DNA from: the human T2T-CHM13v2.0 reference genome, Homo sapiens
DNA length: 64,000 nucleotides
Direction: 5' to 3' (one strand)
Assembly (NCBI RefSeq): GCF_009914755.1
Contig: NC_060926.1
The notes beneath the pieces are model-generated. The model was not told the DNA's origin. It searched no databases and saw only the letters and a program-made list of their open reading frames with translations. The translations under genes and the position numbers were made by a program. Below are positions 13,933 through 27,039 of this stretch, piece after piece (positions within the stretch are counted from its first letter, which is position 1; each line of letters begins with the position of its first letter).

Positions 13933-14079
13933 GTCTGAGTATCCCGTTATTCCTTTCTAGCTATGGCAGTCTTTTCTAACAGTCACAAACAGCTGAATTC
14001 ACGACTCTATTCTATCCAGTTTCCTGGATAAAACATAGTTCATAACCGGTTAAAATTTCTGGTCAATTCCAAACAGGCG

Positions 14080-14850
14080 CATATTTATTTAGATGTTTAG
14101 AACTGCTCTGTGGAGCCCAGCCCTTTATTTCCTCCAAAGAATTTGTTGATCTACTGAAAATTTTCTTTCAAAAACAACCTTATGGATGTGTTTTGTAAAA
14201 GTCTCATTTAGAACCTTTGGGGCCTCACTCAGTCACCCCTGAATCCTCATCTTTTCATGTACACACCTCTGTCCGTTTTCTCCTCTTTTCTTCCTAATTA
14301 GCTGCCTGTATAATTAAACCTTTCCTCATTTAGAGGTTCTGAGCCCTCACTGATACACTAATCACCCTGTGGCCCTCCTGTTGCCTCGTCTATTTCCTTT
14401 TGAGATGGAGGGCCCAGCACTGAACGGCAGTCAAGGTCGGGCCGCCCGCATTTGTATTACACACTAGTTCGCCATTACCATGGTGTTCGCTCCTTAATAC
14501 AGACTAATAGCTCATTCTCCTTCATGACCTCCAGTGAGCACTGTGCAGCCATATTCAGTGCTGGCTTTGTGATAATTTCAAGATTTTTTTCTTTAGGAAG
14601 TTATAACTAATTCAGGGCCCATCAACGATCATAAATAGTTTAAATTGCTCTTTCGAGTGTGAACTGCCTCCCATGGGCCATTTAATTTACTGAATGTCCC
14701 CTGGCTGTGCTTGTTCTGTGACCAGCCCCTGTCCCTGCCCTTATTAACTCTGTTTCTGTATCTCACTTTGGTCCAGTCGGGAGAGGTGGCACTTATATTT
14801 GGGAATGAGCTTGTGCTTGCTATTGACCTACCTAGCAATGCATTAAAGAT
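14080..14850 (-). mobile_element. Ancient CR1/L3-clade LINE ORF2 (RT and C-terminal region) fossil
   Basis: Minus-strand translation SPDWTKV..VHTRKSNLNYL*SLMGPELVITS*/EKNLEIITKPALNMAAQCSLEVMKENELLVCIK..YKCGRPDLDC/VQCWALHLKR..EPLNEERF..EKRR is colinear with the CR1 motifs FADDTKL..MHIGKxNPNYTYxMMGSxLAVTTQERDLGVIVDSSLKTSxQCAAAVKKANRMLGII..LYKSMVRPHLEYCVQxWSPHLKKD..LPYEERL..EKRR. Confidence 0.8.
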
Positions 14851-15633
14851 GGATTTGATCTGATTTAAAGTTTTATAAGCCCAAGGGGGTTGCCTCTGGA
14901 GGATTTTTGGAGGCCAAACTGATCCTGGAATTGTGCTTATAGGTGGTTTGCATTTGCTCAGAGAAAATCTAGGAATTTTACTTTACCTGAAACTTTTCTG
15001 GTTTTGCGGTTTTACTGGGTTTTAATAATTTGCCACCTCTGGAAAACTTCAGAGACAAGGTGTTGCCTAGTTGGCTAGACTAAGTATTTTAGCTGTCTCC
15101 AATTGGTAACTGTTTAAGAGGTTTAAAGACACAAATTAAGTTGGTAAAATTTGAATATGTGAATCCGGGTGAAGGATATATGGTGGTTTGGTGACACTAT
15201 TTTTGCAGCTTTTCTGTTGGTTTGAAGTTCGTTGAAAATGAAAAGGTCCATTAATTAAGAAGGTGGGTCAACGTTCTGTCACAGCAGCACCTGCCATTTG
15301 CACACTGCTGGCCTGGCCCGCCTTCCCCCATGGGAACTTTGGTGTGTACTTGGATTTACGTCAGCCCTGTCCCAGTGAATGCTCCTGCTCTTTTGGTCCC
15401 TGTCCCCACTTGCCTGCCCCATCTCAGTCAAGAAGTAATCAAATATGAGCTGAGCACCAGTATGACAGGGGAGTGGGGAGTAAGCAGACATTGTCCCTAT
15501 CCTCAGTACGCTACCATCTAACAGAGAAGACAGAAACTAAGCAGAGAAGCACAAAAGGCTGTAAAGGAGAAGTGCAGGTTGTGGAAGGGTCTAACCCACT
15601 GGGGAAGCAGGGAACCCTTCTTGGGAGAAGTGG

Positions 15634-16323
<690 letters not shown>

Positions 16324-16329
16324 AGTGGT

Positions 16330-16810
16330 GTTTGAGCCCAGAACTGTAGGATGGTGGGGTTTAGCTTGGCAAAGAGAGGGTGCAGGTGTGCTGTAGGTCA
16401 AGAGACTAGCATGTGTGTGGGATTCCGGGGCATGTCAGAGGTGTTGACAGAAGCCCAGCCTGGCTGGAGCAGAGAGTGCAGGGGCCTGGACAGATGAGTT
16501 AGAATAGGCAGGCAGGGTCTTGCAGACTGCTTTGATAGCTTATTTTTCTTTATTCTGAGAGCCAGGGGAAGGAGTAGGCAGTGATGTTATAATGAGATTT
16601 GCATTTTTGAAAATAAGCCCTCTTGCTGCAATGTAGAAAATGAATTGGAAAAAGTGGCAGTGGTGACAGGAAGAGAAGCAAGGAGTCTATTGCAGCATCT
16701 GGCAAGCAGTGATGCTCTCCTGGTCCTGATGGTGGCTGGGCCAATAGAGAAAATTGGGTAGATTTCAGAGTTGTGTAGGAGGTGGACTCACAGACTTGGT
16801 GATTAATTGA
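16330..16810 (-). mobile_element. L2 fragment
   Basis: ggctggagcagagagtg...tttattctgag...agatttgcatttttgaaaat...gcaatgtagaaaatgaattgg. Confidence 0.65.
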
Positions 16811-17997
16811 ACTATCTATTATGGTATTTTTTTATTGAAAAATTTCTGTTTTTCCTTTTGCTTTGTAGATCTGGTTGAAAAATACTTTTCCCAAAAAGCA
16901 TTTGCAAATATACCCATTTACATGGCACTGACTAATTGTCTTGCTTGTGTATGCCCAAGATGAATATTCCTCATGCAAAGATGATGGTTTATCTCATTCA
17001 ATAAGATTGTGCTAATTAGAAATTAGGACCTATCCATCTCACATGTTCTGGAAATTTAAGCTGTAGGAGATGAAAATTAATGTAGTTTTTAAGCAATCTA
17101 TTGAATTTATTAAATTGCAATTAGATGATAGAGTTTGTATTGGAAGATATGAGTTTTGACAGGAAAGAGGCCCTGCATGATACAATCACAATACTGACAA
17201 ATAAATGCCATTGTACTTTTCCATGACAAGGATGATTTACAATTATAGTAGTACATGGTTCTCTTTGATTTATGGCATCCTGTTAGCCATGGAATTACTT
17301 AGCAAAATCAGTTTGACTTGATATAAGATTTTTTCCTTGCCTAGAAAAAAGTTTAGCCTGAGGAAAAGTTGACATTAATTTAGGAATAGTGGAGTTATCA
17401 TTGAGTTATCAAAATAAATCCGAGGACATAAATCAATTCTACTGCATGGAGAATGCTAAATCGATAAGTCCAGAAAGACTTTATTGATTCTACGGCCATC
17501 ACTCAAGCCTTCTTCATTAGATTCCTCAGCCATATGTTTAATTGAAATGATAAGGTAGATAACTTCTGGTAAATCTACACATCCTGACTTTGATATGGGG
17601 TTGTTCAAGGTAATAAAAATGATTTGGCCAGGCTGGCTCTCTCCTTTAGAGTCAGGAGGGTACACATGGGAAGACTTCACATCTTCTTTCTGTCTCCTAT
17701 AACTTCCACTCCAGGCAGATGCTAGCTTAACAGTCTTAAGCCACTCCTTCTAAATTCAATTTAAAAACTGTATGAAAAAACTGATCATAATATTAAGAGA
17801 ACATTTAAAAAATTACTCATAGTTAATACCACCCTGAACCTATTGGCAACTTCTGTGCTGAACTGTATTATCTATTTCTATGTCTTGTCTCTCTCACTTA
17901 AATGATTGTGAGCAGTTGAGGGCAAGAGGCATTTAGCTCAGTATCCCTTCAATCTTGTTTCATTGCATAAGTATCTTTATATAGCTGCAGTCAGAAC

Positions 17998-18447
17998 TGT
18001 ATCAGTTAGCTGTTGCTGCAAAAAAAAAAAAACCCTCAAATTTAGTGGCTTATAACAAGAAACATTTTATTTGTTCATGATTCTTGGAGTCTGGTAGGTG
18101 GTTCTTCTGTTCTGGCCAGCTAAGCTGGTACTGGATAGTCTAGGATGGCCTCACTCACATGTGTGGCAGCTGATGTGATGACAGCTGGGATGATGACCAC
18201 CTGCCTCCCATTATCCAACGGGCCAGTCACATGACAGCAGAAGTGTTCCCATCAGCAAGAAGGGAAGTAATTCTCAAGAACTTGTGCAAGTACTTATCAA
18301 GTCTTTGCTTGTGTCACATTTGCTAATATTCCACTGGCCAAAGCCAGTTACATGCCAAGCCCGTATTTGAGGATTGGATAAACGGATTTTGCCACTTGAT
18401 GAGAGAAGTTGCAAAACATTGTGGCCATTTTTCCCGATATACTACAG
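17998..18447 (-). mobile_element. Old MLT1 (G/H/I-like) LTR
   Basis: tgtatcagttagctgttgctgc...tagtggcttataaca...ctaggatggcctcactcacatg...ctggccaaagccagttacatgccaagccc. Confidence 0.75.
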
Positions 18448-18589
18448 AAATGTAAATAAATTTGTATTCTTCTGCTTTTAAAAAAACAACTATAGGTGCT
18501 TCCTCTTTTTCCATTTTTTAAAGCGAATATATTATATATTTACAACTTACTAGAGGCTTTAAATATAATCTGCAGATGACTCTAAAATG

Positions 18590-18700
18590 TAAGTAAAACG
18601 ATTATTCCCATGTTACCATTAAGGAAGCTCACTGAAGGTCACACAGCTAGTAAGTGGGGAAGCAGAGATTTTAACCTTGATCTCTCTGGCTCTACTTACT
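18590..18700 (-). mobile_element. MIR fragment
   Basis: attattcccatgttac...aaggtcacacagctagtaagtgg. Confidence 0.65.
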
Positions 18701-19571
18701 CTTAGCAGACTTTTCATCATGATGCTTCTTTCCCTCTTGTTGGGTGTTCAGATGTTCATATTCTTTGAAAATGTAGGAAATATCAGGAGAATTTCCCCAA
18801 GTTGTGTGCAACTAGCTCTCTACTTCAACGCTTTTCTGACCCAAGGGTGATTGGACCTTACAGGAGAACCATGTCAACTTTCAAGTGCACCAAATAAGAT
18901 ACCTCTGACTTTAGGTAATTTTGATGTTTGCATTTCCCCTAAGCCATGGGGGCAAAGGAGTGGTAGCAAGATTTCACCAAACACTAAATTAAGGATCTGG
19001 GTACCAACCCATGTGACTGCTCACCGTCTCCTCCCTCTTCTCACCAGGCATATTATTGCATTCAAACCTGGTCCAGCAATCTTTCTTTTCCTGCCTCCTC
19101 TTCCTAGATCAAGTATCTTCCAGATGATTATCGTGAAATTATTCAGGTATCCTTCAGCCTTCCCCTGGCCAGTCATCTTCCTGTGATTTATCAGCTGACG
19201 GTTGGTTCCTGGTGGAACCAAGCTGATCAGACTTCAGGCTCAGGATGTGCTTTGGAGAAGGCTGTGCTAGGTTTGGTAACCTTACTTGTCAAATGGGTGA
19301 TATTCAGAACAAAACAAAATAGGTATAATTAGTTGGACTGGAAAGATCATACATGAAGATTAACAGTGACATCTAGGAGGAGCTGTCAAAGCTTGGCCAG
19401 GAGCTTGGCCAGGAGCTCAGATGGGCTTCTCCACATCCTAACCACCACTTCAAGAACTTAGGCTCAAAATTAGGCAACTTCCCTAAAATCTAAAACCCAG
19501 GTATGTGAATGCCTCAAATGCTCAGCCTCTCAAAAATTCCCAGCCAACACAGGTGTGTTTTGGGCATTTTC

Positions 19572-20494
19572 CTGTGGTGTCCTGGAGTGGCTCATACCAG
19601 CTCATGAGAGCTGATTGTCAAATTTTCAGGAAATTTTCAAGCCAATTGTTAAACACAGCCATTCTTAAAAATTAAATTGTGTAAATTTACAATTAAGTAA
19701 ATTACATGAAAAAGGCAATAAATTCTCGAAACTCATTACTTCCTATTTATTCTACTACCTTTTTACTGTTCTCTATGATTGTGAGGTTATTTCTACCCAT
19801 TTTTTCAGTATGGTGGAAACAGTATATCACGGTGTGCTATTGCACATTTCTTCCCAATTCTGTAGTCCATGACATCAAAATGGTAGCTTGGAATCAACCC
19901 TGGTGGGAATATTTGCACCTTGGAAATCTGCAAATGGTACAAATCAGGGCTTGATTTATTGTCTCGTTGATTGCCTAGACTTAAGAAAGTGATGGAGAAG
20001 ATGTGAATATTGCATATTAAACTTAAACGTGTGTCATGTCCATAACTATTACATTGTGAATAGTAAAAAAAGGCTTAGGAAATTCTCCCGGTATTTGAAA
20101 CTATCATCTGATACAGCAAGCAATCACTCATGTCATTGAAGAGCAAGTGAAAATACTGACATACATCTTTATTAACTCACTTTCTTTTTTCTTGTTAATG
20201 TAAAGGAAAATATCAACCAACATTCATGTTGTAACCACACTCATTTATCTATTCCAACCCTAGATTGAGTACAGATAGAAGAATTTTGCAAAAATCAACA
20301 AAGCCTTGTGTGAGGATCTATTGGCTATATGGAGTTTATCATAAAGAGTATAATTTGTTATTATCTGTAAATTGGGTACTATAGATCCTTTATATTGGTA
20401 AGATTTGTATCAAACATCTACATGCAGTATATCTATATATGCATTCATTTTTCCCCAGAGAGCAATTATTAAATATTTACCAATGCTCTTTCTG
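19572..20494. mobile_element. MER63C-like hAT-Blackjack element, near full length
   Basis: gtggtgtcctggagtggctcataccagctcatgagagctgattg...ggtagcttggaatcaaccctggtgggaatatt...cccagagagcaattattaaatatttacca. Confidence 0.8.
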
Positions 20495-23408
20495 AAGATG
20501 TTGAAGTGTGAGGATGTGGTGGGTCCTTCTATGTGAAATTCAGGGTTTCCCTGGGTCTTCTGGTAGGAAATGTGATCAAGTGTGTTGACCACACAGGAGT
20601 GAAAAATCTGTAGTCATCTCTGTGAATGAGATCAAGCGACAGCGAAACTTTCTGCTGGTGTGGGTAACGTGGTGATGGCCATGGTCAGTAAGGCGAGCCA
20701 GAGCTCAGAAGGAAGGTGCATCCAGCAGTGGTCATGTGACAACAGAAGTCATGCCAGAGAAAAGATGGCTTGTTTCTTTATTTTGAAGATAATGCCAGGG
20801 TTGTAGTAAGTAATAAACGTGTGATGAAAAGTTCTGTCATCACAGGGCCAGTTGCAAAGGAGTATGCAGCCATGTGGCCCAGGCTGACGTCCAATGCTGG
20901 CAGCACTGCCTGAATCTTTAGCGTATTTGTAAAAAATTAAAAAAAAAAACATTAAACTCTGCCCCCGCCTCCCAAAACACCCACCAAAAACGATTTACCC
21001 CCACACTGTTGGCATATTCCCACTACTCTCTTACTGGTCACATAGAAGTTGGTGGATTTTCCTCCTCGATCTGCGTACTTGAGAATACCATTTTTCCTTT
21101 TATCCTTGGCTCCCCTCAGTCACAGAGGGCCCTATAAATGAGCACATTCCGCCAGCTGGGGATGTCCAAAGTAAAAAAAAAAAAAAAGACTTCCCTGCAA
21201 TCTGAGGCTTTCATAGGAAGAACTGAAACCTGAGCAGGTAGAGGACAGCATTAGCAGTTCCTGGGTCTCATTTTAGGTCTCCTGTAAGTGAATGTCTTGT
21301 TCATCACTAAGGGCATTTGAGAATGTTTGCATTTACATTTACCAAAGTAACAGGGACAACAAACATTTATCTGCTTTATCATTTACAAAGCACATCTACA
21401 TTTCTTAGCTTATTTTGTTTACTTCTAAAGATTTCTGTTTCTAGCATTTCACACGCAGCTGGAGAGGGGGCTAGTTACCATAGACACTGGCTCACTCTCC
21501 AGGGTGTAGCGGCCTTTCGGACATGGTATTAAAGGAGTTTACTTGCCCTTTTCTACTCTCTTTATTATACTCAATCTGCAGTGAATTCAGGGCAGGAAAC
21601 AAAACCCCGGAAAGGGGTTATTAATGGTTCCAATAGAGAGTAATCCCACTTGCCAAAAGTAAGTAGGATGTGGTTACCTTTGATTTTGTTTCTCTCCCCA
21701 GGGGTCATGGGTGTGGAAGGAGAGCCGTAGTACATCAAGGGCAGAAACCGGTTGCTTCAAGTGTTATGGAGCGAGTTTCTTAGCATTTCCTAAATACTGT
21801 ACCTGCCGTAGCTTTCTTCATGTGGTAAATTAAAAAACACATTGATATTACAACAAAGGAAAATACCACCCGACCGGGTTATTTTGTTTTGTTGTTGTGA
21901 TCCACATCATAGCATGTAATGTTTGCCTTGGAAAAGTCTTCATAGAGTAAGGAATGAATGAAGACAAAAGTCCGTGGTGACTCATTGGTAATAGTTCAAA
22001 CCTGTTAAAAACAACTGGGAGAGGTCTTTACCGTACACAGGGCTTTGGGAGTTTGCCTATTTTCCAGTTAACGTGATTGATTTTTCAGAGCTATGTGGGA
22101 TCCCCTCGGACCCACAAATGGTCATTTGCGACTAAAAGAACTGATTTGATGGCCTCCAATGGTCAAACGAAACCAGATTGTTATCAAATCTTAACTCTAT
22201 GCTGCATGAGCTTGGATTGTCTACAGTGGCATCCTTGGTGCACTTTAGAATGAAAAAAATTCAATTTCAAAAGTAAACACAGAGAACAAAAATAGTTCAG
22301 AGGACAGCCTACACAGATAACAAAGCCAGCAAATACAACCGAAGGATGCCGCACTGAAGCGGTATTTTATATAGCCAAGGATTGCCAAATATGTTTTTTC
22401 ACCGAGATCTGCTTTTTTTTCTCTTTAGTTATTGATTAGCTTTGCGAAGGAGAGAATATTGACATGTGCAGAAGAGCGTAACACGTTGAAATAGTTTTAG
22501 ATAGAGTATCTGTGGCAGGTCTTCGTGTTTAGATTTAAGTGGGAACCACTGTGGGTTCTGAAATAGCTTCTATAACCAGTTTCATCACAGACCTAATCAT
22601 CCAAGACATCATTCCCTGTAATTTGACTGAAAAGCAGTGAGACAGCAAAAGCTTCAATTCTTGAAAAGGATTTAGCGGCCAGCCATCTTATGGTTATTAA
22701 AGACGTTCTTGTGCCGTCTCCTCCCCTCTCTCTTTACTCCAGCCATGACTAAATAAATCCAGAGGCTTGAATCAAACATGGAAAAGGGGAGCGACAAGCA
22801 AAGGACCAGAACAGACTCCTGGGGAAACAATTTGGTTAAAAAAATATTAAACAAGGCTTTACTGTCCTACAGAAGTTCTAGTCTCAAATGATCGAGAACC
22901 TCAAAAGTGAAATATTAAAAATTTTTTTTTTTCAGAGGACAAGTAAGGACACTCTTAGGCCAGACTATAGCTGAAAGAACCCAGCATTAGTTAAATGAAG
23001 ACCTGGCTCTTGGAGCTTCATCTCCACTGCGTGACCTTGAATGAGACTCTTAACCTCTCTTAGCCTTGATCCCTGGTTTGAGGCTATGTTTGCCTTCAGC
23101 TCCTTTCACTCCCTGGATTCTAAAGCTTTCCCTTTTTAAGATTAAGATCCTTTGAGTACTTTGCTCTCACATCAGGTCGTCTTAATTCTTATGCTATGGA
23201 TTTTTAGCAAACTTTATGGTATTTAGAAACTATATAGGCGATATTTGGGAAGGTCAGACATTTTTGGAATGTATAAACCAAAATGTAAGGACAGTACCCC
23301 CCTTCAGGTAAGCCTATGTCATCAAAAACTAGCCTTCATTTCAATTATGTACATTATAGCATTAATTTTTTTTGTACTTAAATCTGACTTCTTTTTAAAA
23401 ATTATTGG

Positions 23409-24120
<712 letters not shown>

Positions 24121-24719
24121 GGCAATAAATTTTTTAAAAAGCAGAAAGAAAGCTAGATGTATACATGTTACCCAAGTGTCTGCCTTCTCCCTTTGAGGGT
24201 CACCTTCCTCTAGGATATAGTTCTTCTGCTGTGCCTGTGTTGACCTGTGTCCCTGCCTTTGTCTCCATTGTCATTCTCTCCTCACCTTCATGCCGTCTCC
24301 TGGGACTGCCTTCACTTCTTACTTACCTGCTTTCCCCTCTGTTAGAAACCACCAGTCCTCATTCTTCCAATACAGTAATGATAAGGCCCAGGCAGAGCAG
24401 GTCTCACTAAAAGCCTGGAGATATTAGAGGGTGGTTATGGAGCAGGACAGGGGAAAAATTCAATTCAAACATTACTGTTAGAAATTTATCAGCCAACCCC
24501 ACTGTAATGGGCTTGTGGTAATGTGGGAAATAGAATAACTAAATGGAACACTTAATAGTTTCCCTTTCTTTCCCTCTCTCTTCTTAGGTCTGGAATAGGA
24601 TCTTTAGGACAGAGAGGGAGAGAGCATTTCAGGACAAGCAAAGGGAAGGGTGGGAGCTGCAGAGAGCAAGTTGCCACTTCACAGTTTGCCTGCAGCTGGC
24701 TCTACTAGCAACCATCCCC

Positions 24720-25450
24720 CACCTAGATGAATGTCTTTAAACAGTCCTTTGGCTCGCGGCCTCTGGGCAAGCTGACTACACTGCAACGCAAAGTCTGCTT
24801 GCCGAAGCTGGCCAAGTTCCGCATTATTCTCTGTTAGCTCTCTTACAGGTCTGTCTTTGTGAACGCTCTTTGGGGTGTTCAACCTCCTAGTGACAGATAT
24901 GGAGTCTTAACACTTTTTAGGCCCCTTGATTTTCTTGGGGGATAAAAAGACTCTTCCGTCAACTCCTCTGATCCAACTTGTCTGCAGATCATGTTGAAAC
25001 TCCTTTTTGTCACATCCTCCAGATCACAATGAAAAGGCAGATTAACGTGATTACTGAGGTCCATCAACTCATGGCTCTTGGTTAAATGATACCTACCATG
25101 AACCACAGGACAGAGCTCTGCAGACTTAGCTGGCTGCCTCATTACAATGACTTCATTTAATAAACTTGCTGTCAGCAGCTTAATCCTCAGTCAAGAAGAA
25201 GTATGAGAATCCTTGTTAGCCATGATTAGGCAACATTGAGGGTTAACAAAATTTTCTCATGCCCCAGCATTCATTTTCATTAAAAGTATAAATGAATTTA
25301 AAAAAAATTGCAAAAAGAGCACCTGATTGGCAGCGACTTTTTGGGTTTTCACCATGAAGTCCTGTTGCGAGTAAGCCATTTTAATCGTTCAGCTTGATTT
25401 CACATTTGGGTTTTTGCTGGGAAGTGTTTCCTATATGGTTTCTAATCCTT
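24720..25450 (-). mobile_element. Putative fossil of a restriction-like-endonuclease-clade (R2/R4/NeSL-type) non-LTR reverse transcriptase
   Basis: Minus-strand motif order TGL/MVKTQKVA, KDSHTSS*LRI, KSAELCPV, DLEDVTKR, SFYPPRKSRGLKSV, KDRPVREL resembles RT domain 6-7 and thumb motifs; recognised by eye only. Confidence 0.4.
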
Positions 25451-25849
25451 CAGGCTCCTCTTCTGCCTTACCTGTCCTTGGGTCCTGTCAATCAAGCTGG
25501 CTAGGTGTTCTTCACAACTGTCATTCTGTTAGGGGTGTGAAATATTTCCCAGAGGTGGCAGTGTAAGGAAGGGTTTTCTATCTTTCCTCCTGTTAGAGTC
25601 TGAGATGGAGCCATGCTGAGTTCTTGGCAGTGCCCAGGGCACTGTTCAGACTGGTAGATTCTGACCTGACTTTGAGCTCCTATCCCCAACCTGCCTCTTC
25701 TGGAAGCACCACCTTAGTACTCTCCCATCCCCCACCCCAGTGCTGGGAGTTCCTGAAGCTCTCCACAGACGTTTCAGAAATGAAAGAATAAGGGGCTAGA
25801 GGGTCCCAGGTTCCAAATGCACAACTGTTGTCTCTCTTTTCTGGACAGC

Positions 25850-26280
25850 TGTGTTTATCTGGGTCCTTGGAGAAGCAGAGGTCAAGACAGGATTAGACAT
25901 GCAAGGATTTTATTAGAGGAAATTCCTATGTGAGGGAAAATGGGGAGAGAGCTGGGAAAAGGTCTGGGAGCTTTCAGAGTGTGATGCAAGAGTGACTCCG
26001 CACCCCAGTGCAGGAGGGAGCGGGGAGGGAAGGCTGGGTGGCAGCATCATAGAGTGCTTTGCAAATAAAGCAAGGTTAAGCAAGGCTGCTGTGGAGTCTC
26101 AGAACCGAAGTCGTCCACCAGCCTCAGACTGACCTGCCTTGGCATCTGGGCTTCGTGCAGTCATTGGCCTCAGTGCAAAGGTGACATAGCTCTCAGAATG
26201 CAGCTCTGGGGCCCTTGGGGAATGATCCACGTAGAGTTGGAGGCATGTGAGGTGAGGTGACTTCCCATGGCTGTCGCACA
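25850..26280 (-). mobile_element. LTR16-like ERVL LTR
   Basis: gggtccttggagaagcagaggtcaagacaggattagacatgcaaggattttattagagg...cagtcattggc...gcagctctggggccc. Confidence 0.7.
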
Positions 26281-26378
26281 GCCAGTGGTGAGAGCTGAGC
26301 CAGATGCACTGCAAAAAGCAGCACAGCAAAAGGGATATGATTATAGTTAAAATGAAGAACAAAACAATGCAAGGAGCA

Positions 26379-26415
26379 CCCTGACCCTGAGCCCTCACCC
26401 TAACCCTAACCCTAC
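26379..26415 (-). repeat. Short interstitial telomere-like array with variant units
   Basis: Plus strand CCCTGA CCCTGA G CCCTCA CCCTAA CCCTAA CCCTAC. Confidence 0.75.
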
Positions 26416-26497
26416 CAGTGAGGAAGCACGAAGGAGTATTTGTATTGCCTGGGCCTGTGAGCTTCACTCCAGCAAGGAACTCCCAGCAAGGGACATT

Positions 26498-26717
26498 CCA
26501 GCAGTTGGAACTCCCAGTTCCAACTCTTGTATCTGGTGGTTTGCCATCCTTTTGGGGGACTGTTTCTTGCTGTCCTTACACACTAGCTCTGAGCTCAGTT
26601 CTCTGATTATTTCTCTGACCAAGGGAAGACATAGATCTTTCCTTAGAGCACAGCTGAGACCAGGCTGCTGTGTGGTTCTGATGTTTCCACAGGCTTGTTG
26701 GGGGAACAGCAAAGGGG
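26498..26717 (+). repeat. Local diverged direct duplication, copy 1
   Basis: Aligns by eye over about 220 bp to 27259-27472; core 48/49 identical. Confidence 0.9.
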
Positions 26718-27039
26718 TCTTCAATAGCATTAGCTGGAGGGGTTTCTTCCAAAAGGCCCTTGCCTTCCCAGGGACCAAAGAAAGGTATAAATAACCACAG
26801 CTGAACAGAGTTGGTTTTAAACAAAATAATCATTCTAAGTAGTTTAGCTGGTGCTGGCGGAGGAGAGGGAGACAGGAGTTACCAGGGTTCTGGCCAGTCC
26901 TAGGCGGGACTGTCCAGACAGTATCTCCTAGGAGGGGTGTCCTGGGCAGAAGGGACAAGGATGAGGGCCTGATGGCATGTCTGGAAGTGACAGATGGGGA
27001 AAGTGATACAGGTGCTCCCTTTCACTCATCATTGGAACC

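Noticed and set aside
19390-19418. 12-bp tandem duplication GCTTGGCCAGGA (similar short duplications near 27990 and 42022)
   Set aside because: Ordinary slippage duplications of two units; not CRISPR-like or satellite arrays
21603-21885. Small hairpins AACCCC-GGAAA-GGGGTT and ACCCG-AC-CGGGT as terminators or ncRNA
   Set aside because: Stems of 5-6 bp are expected by chance; no RNA-family context in a primate genome
22300-22345. Minus-strand CTTTGTTATCT resembling miR-9
   Set aside because: Only a partial match, with no complementary star arm or precursor hairpin
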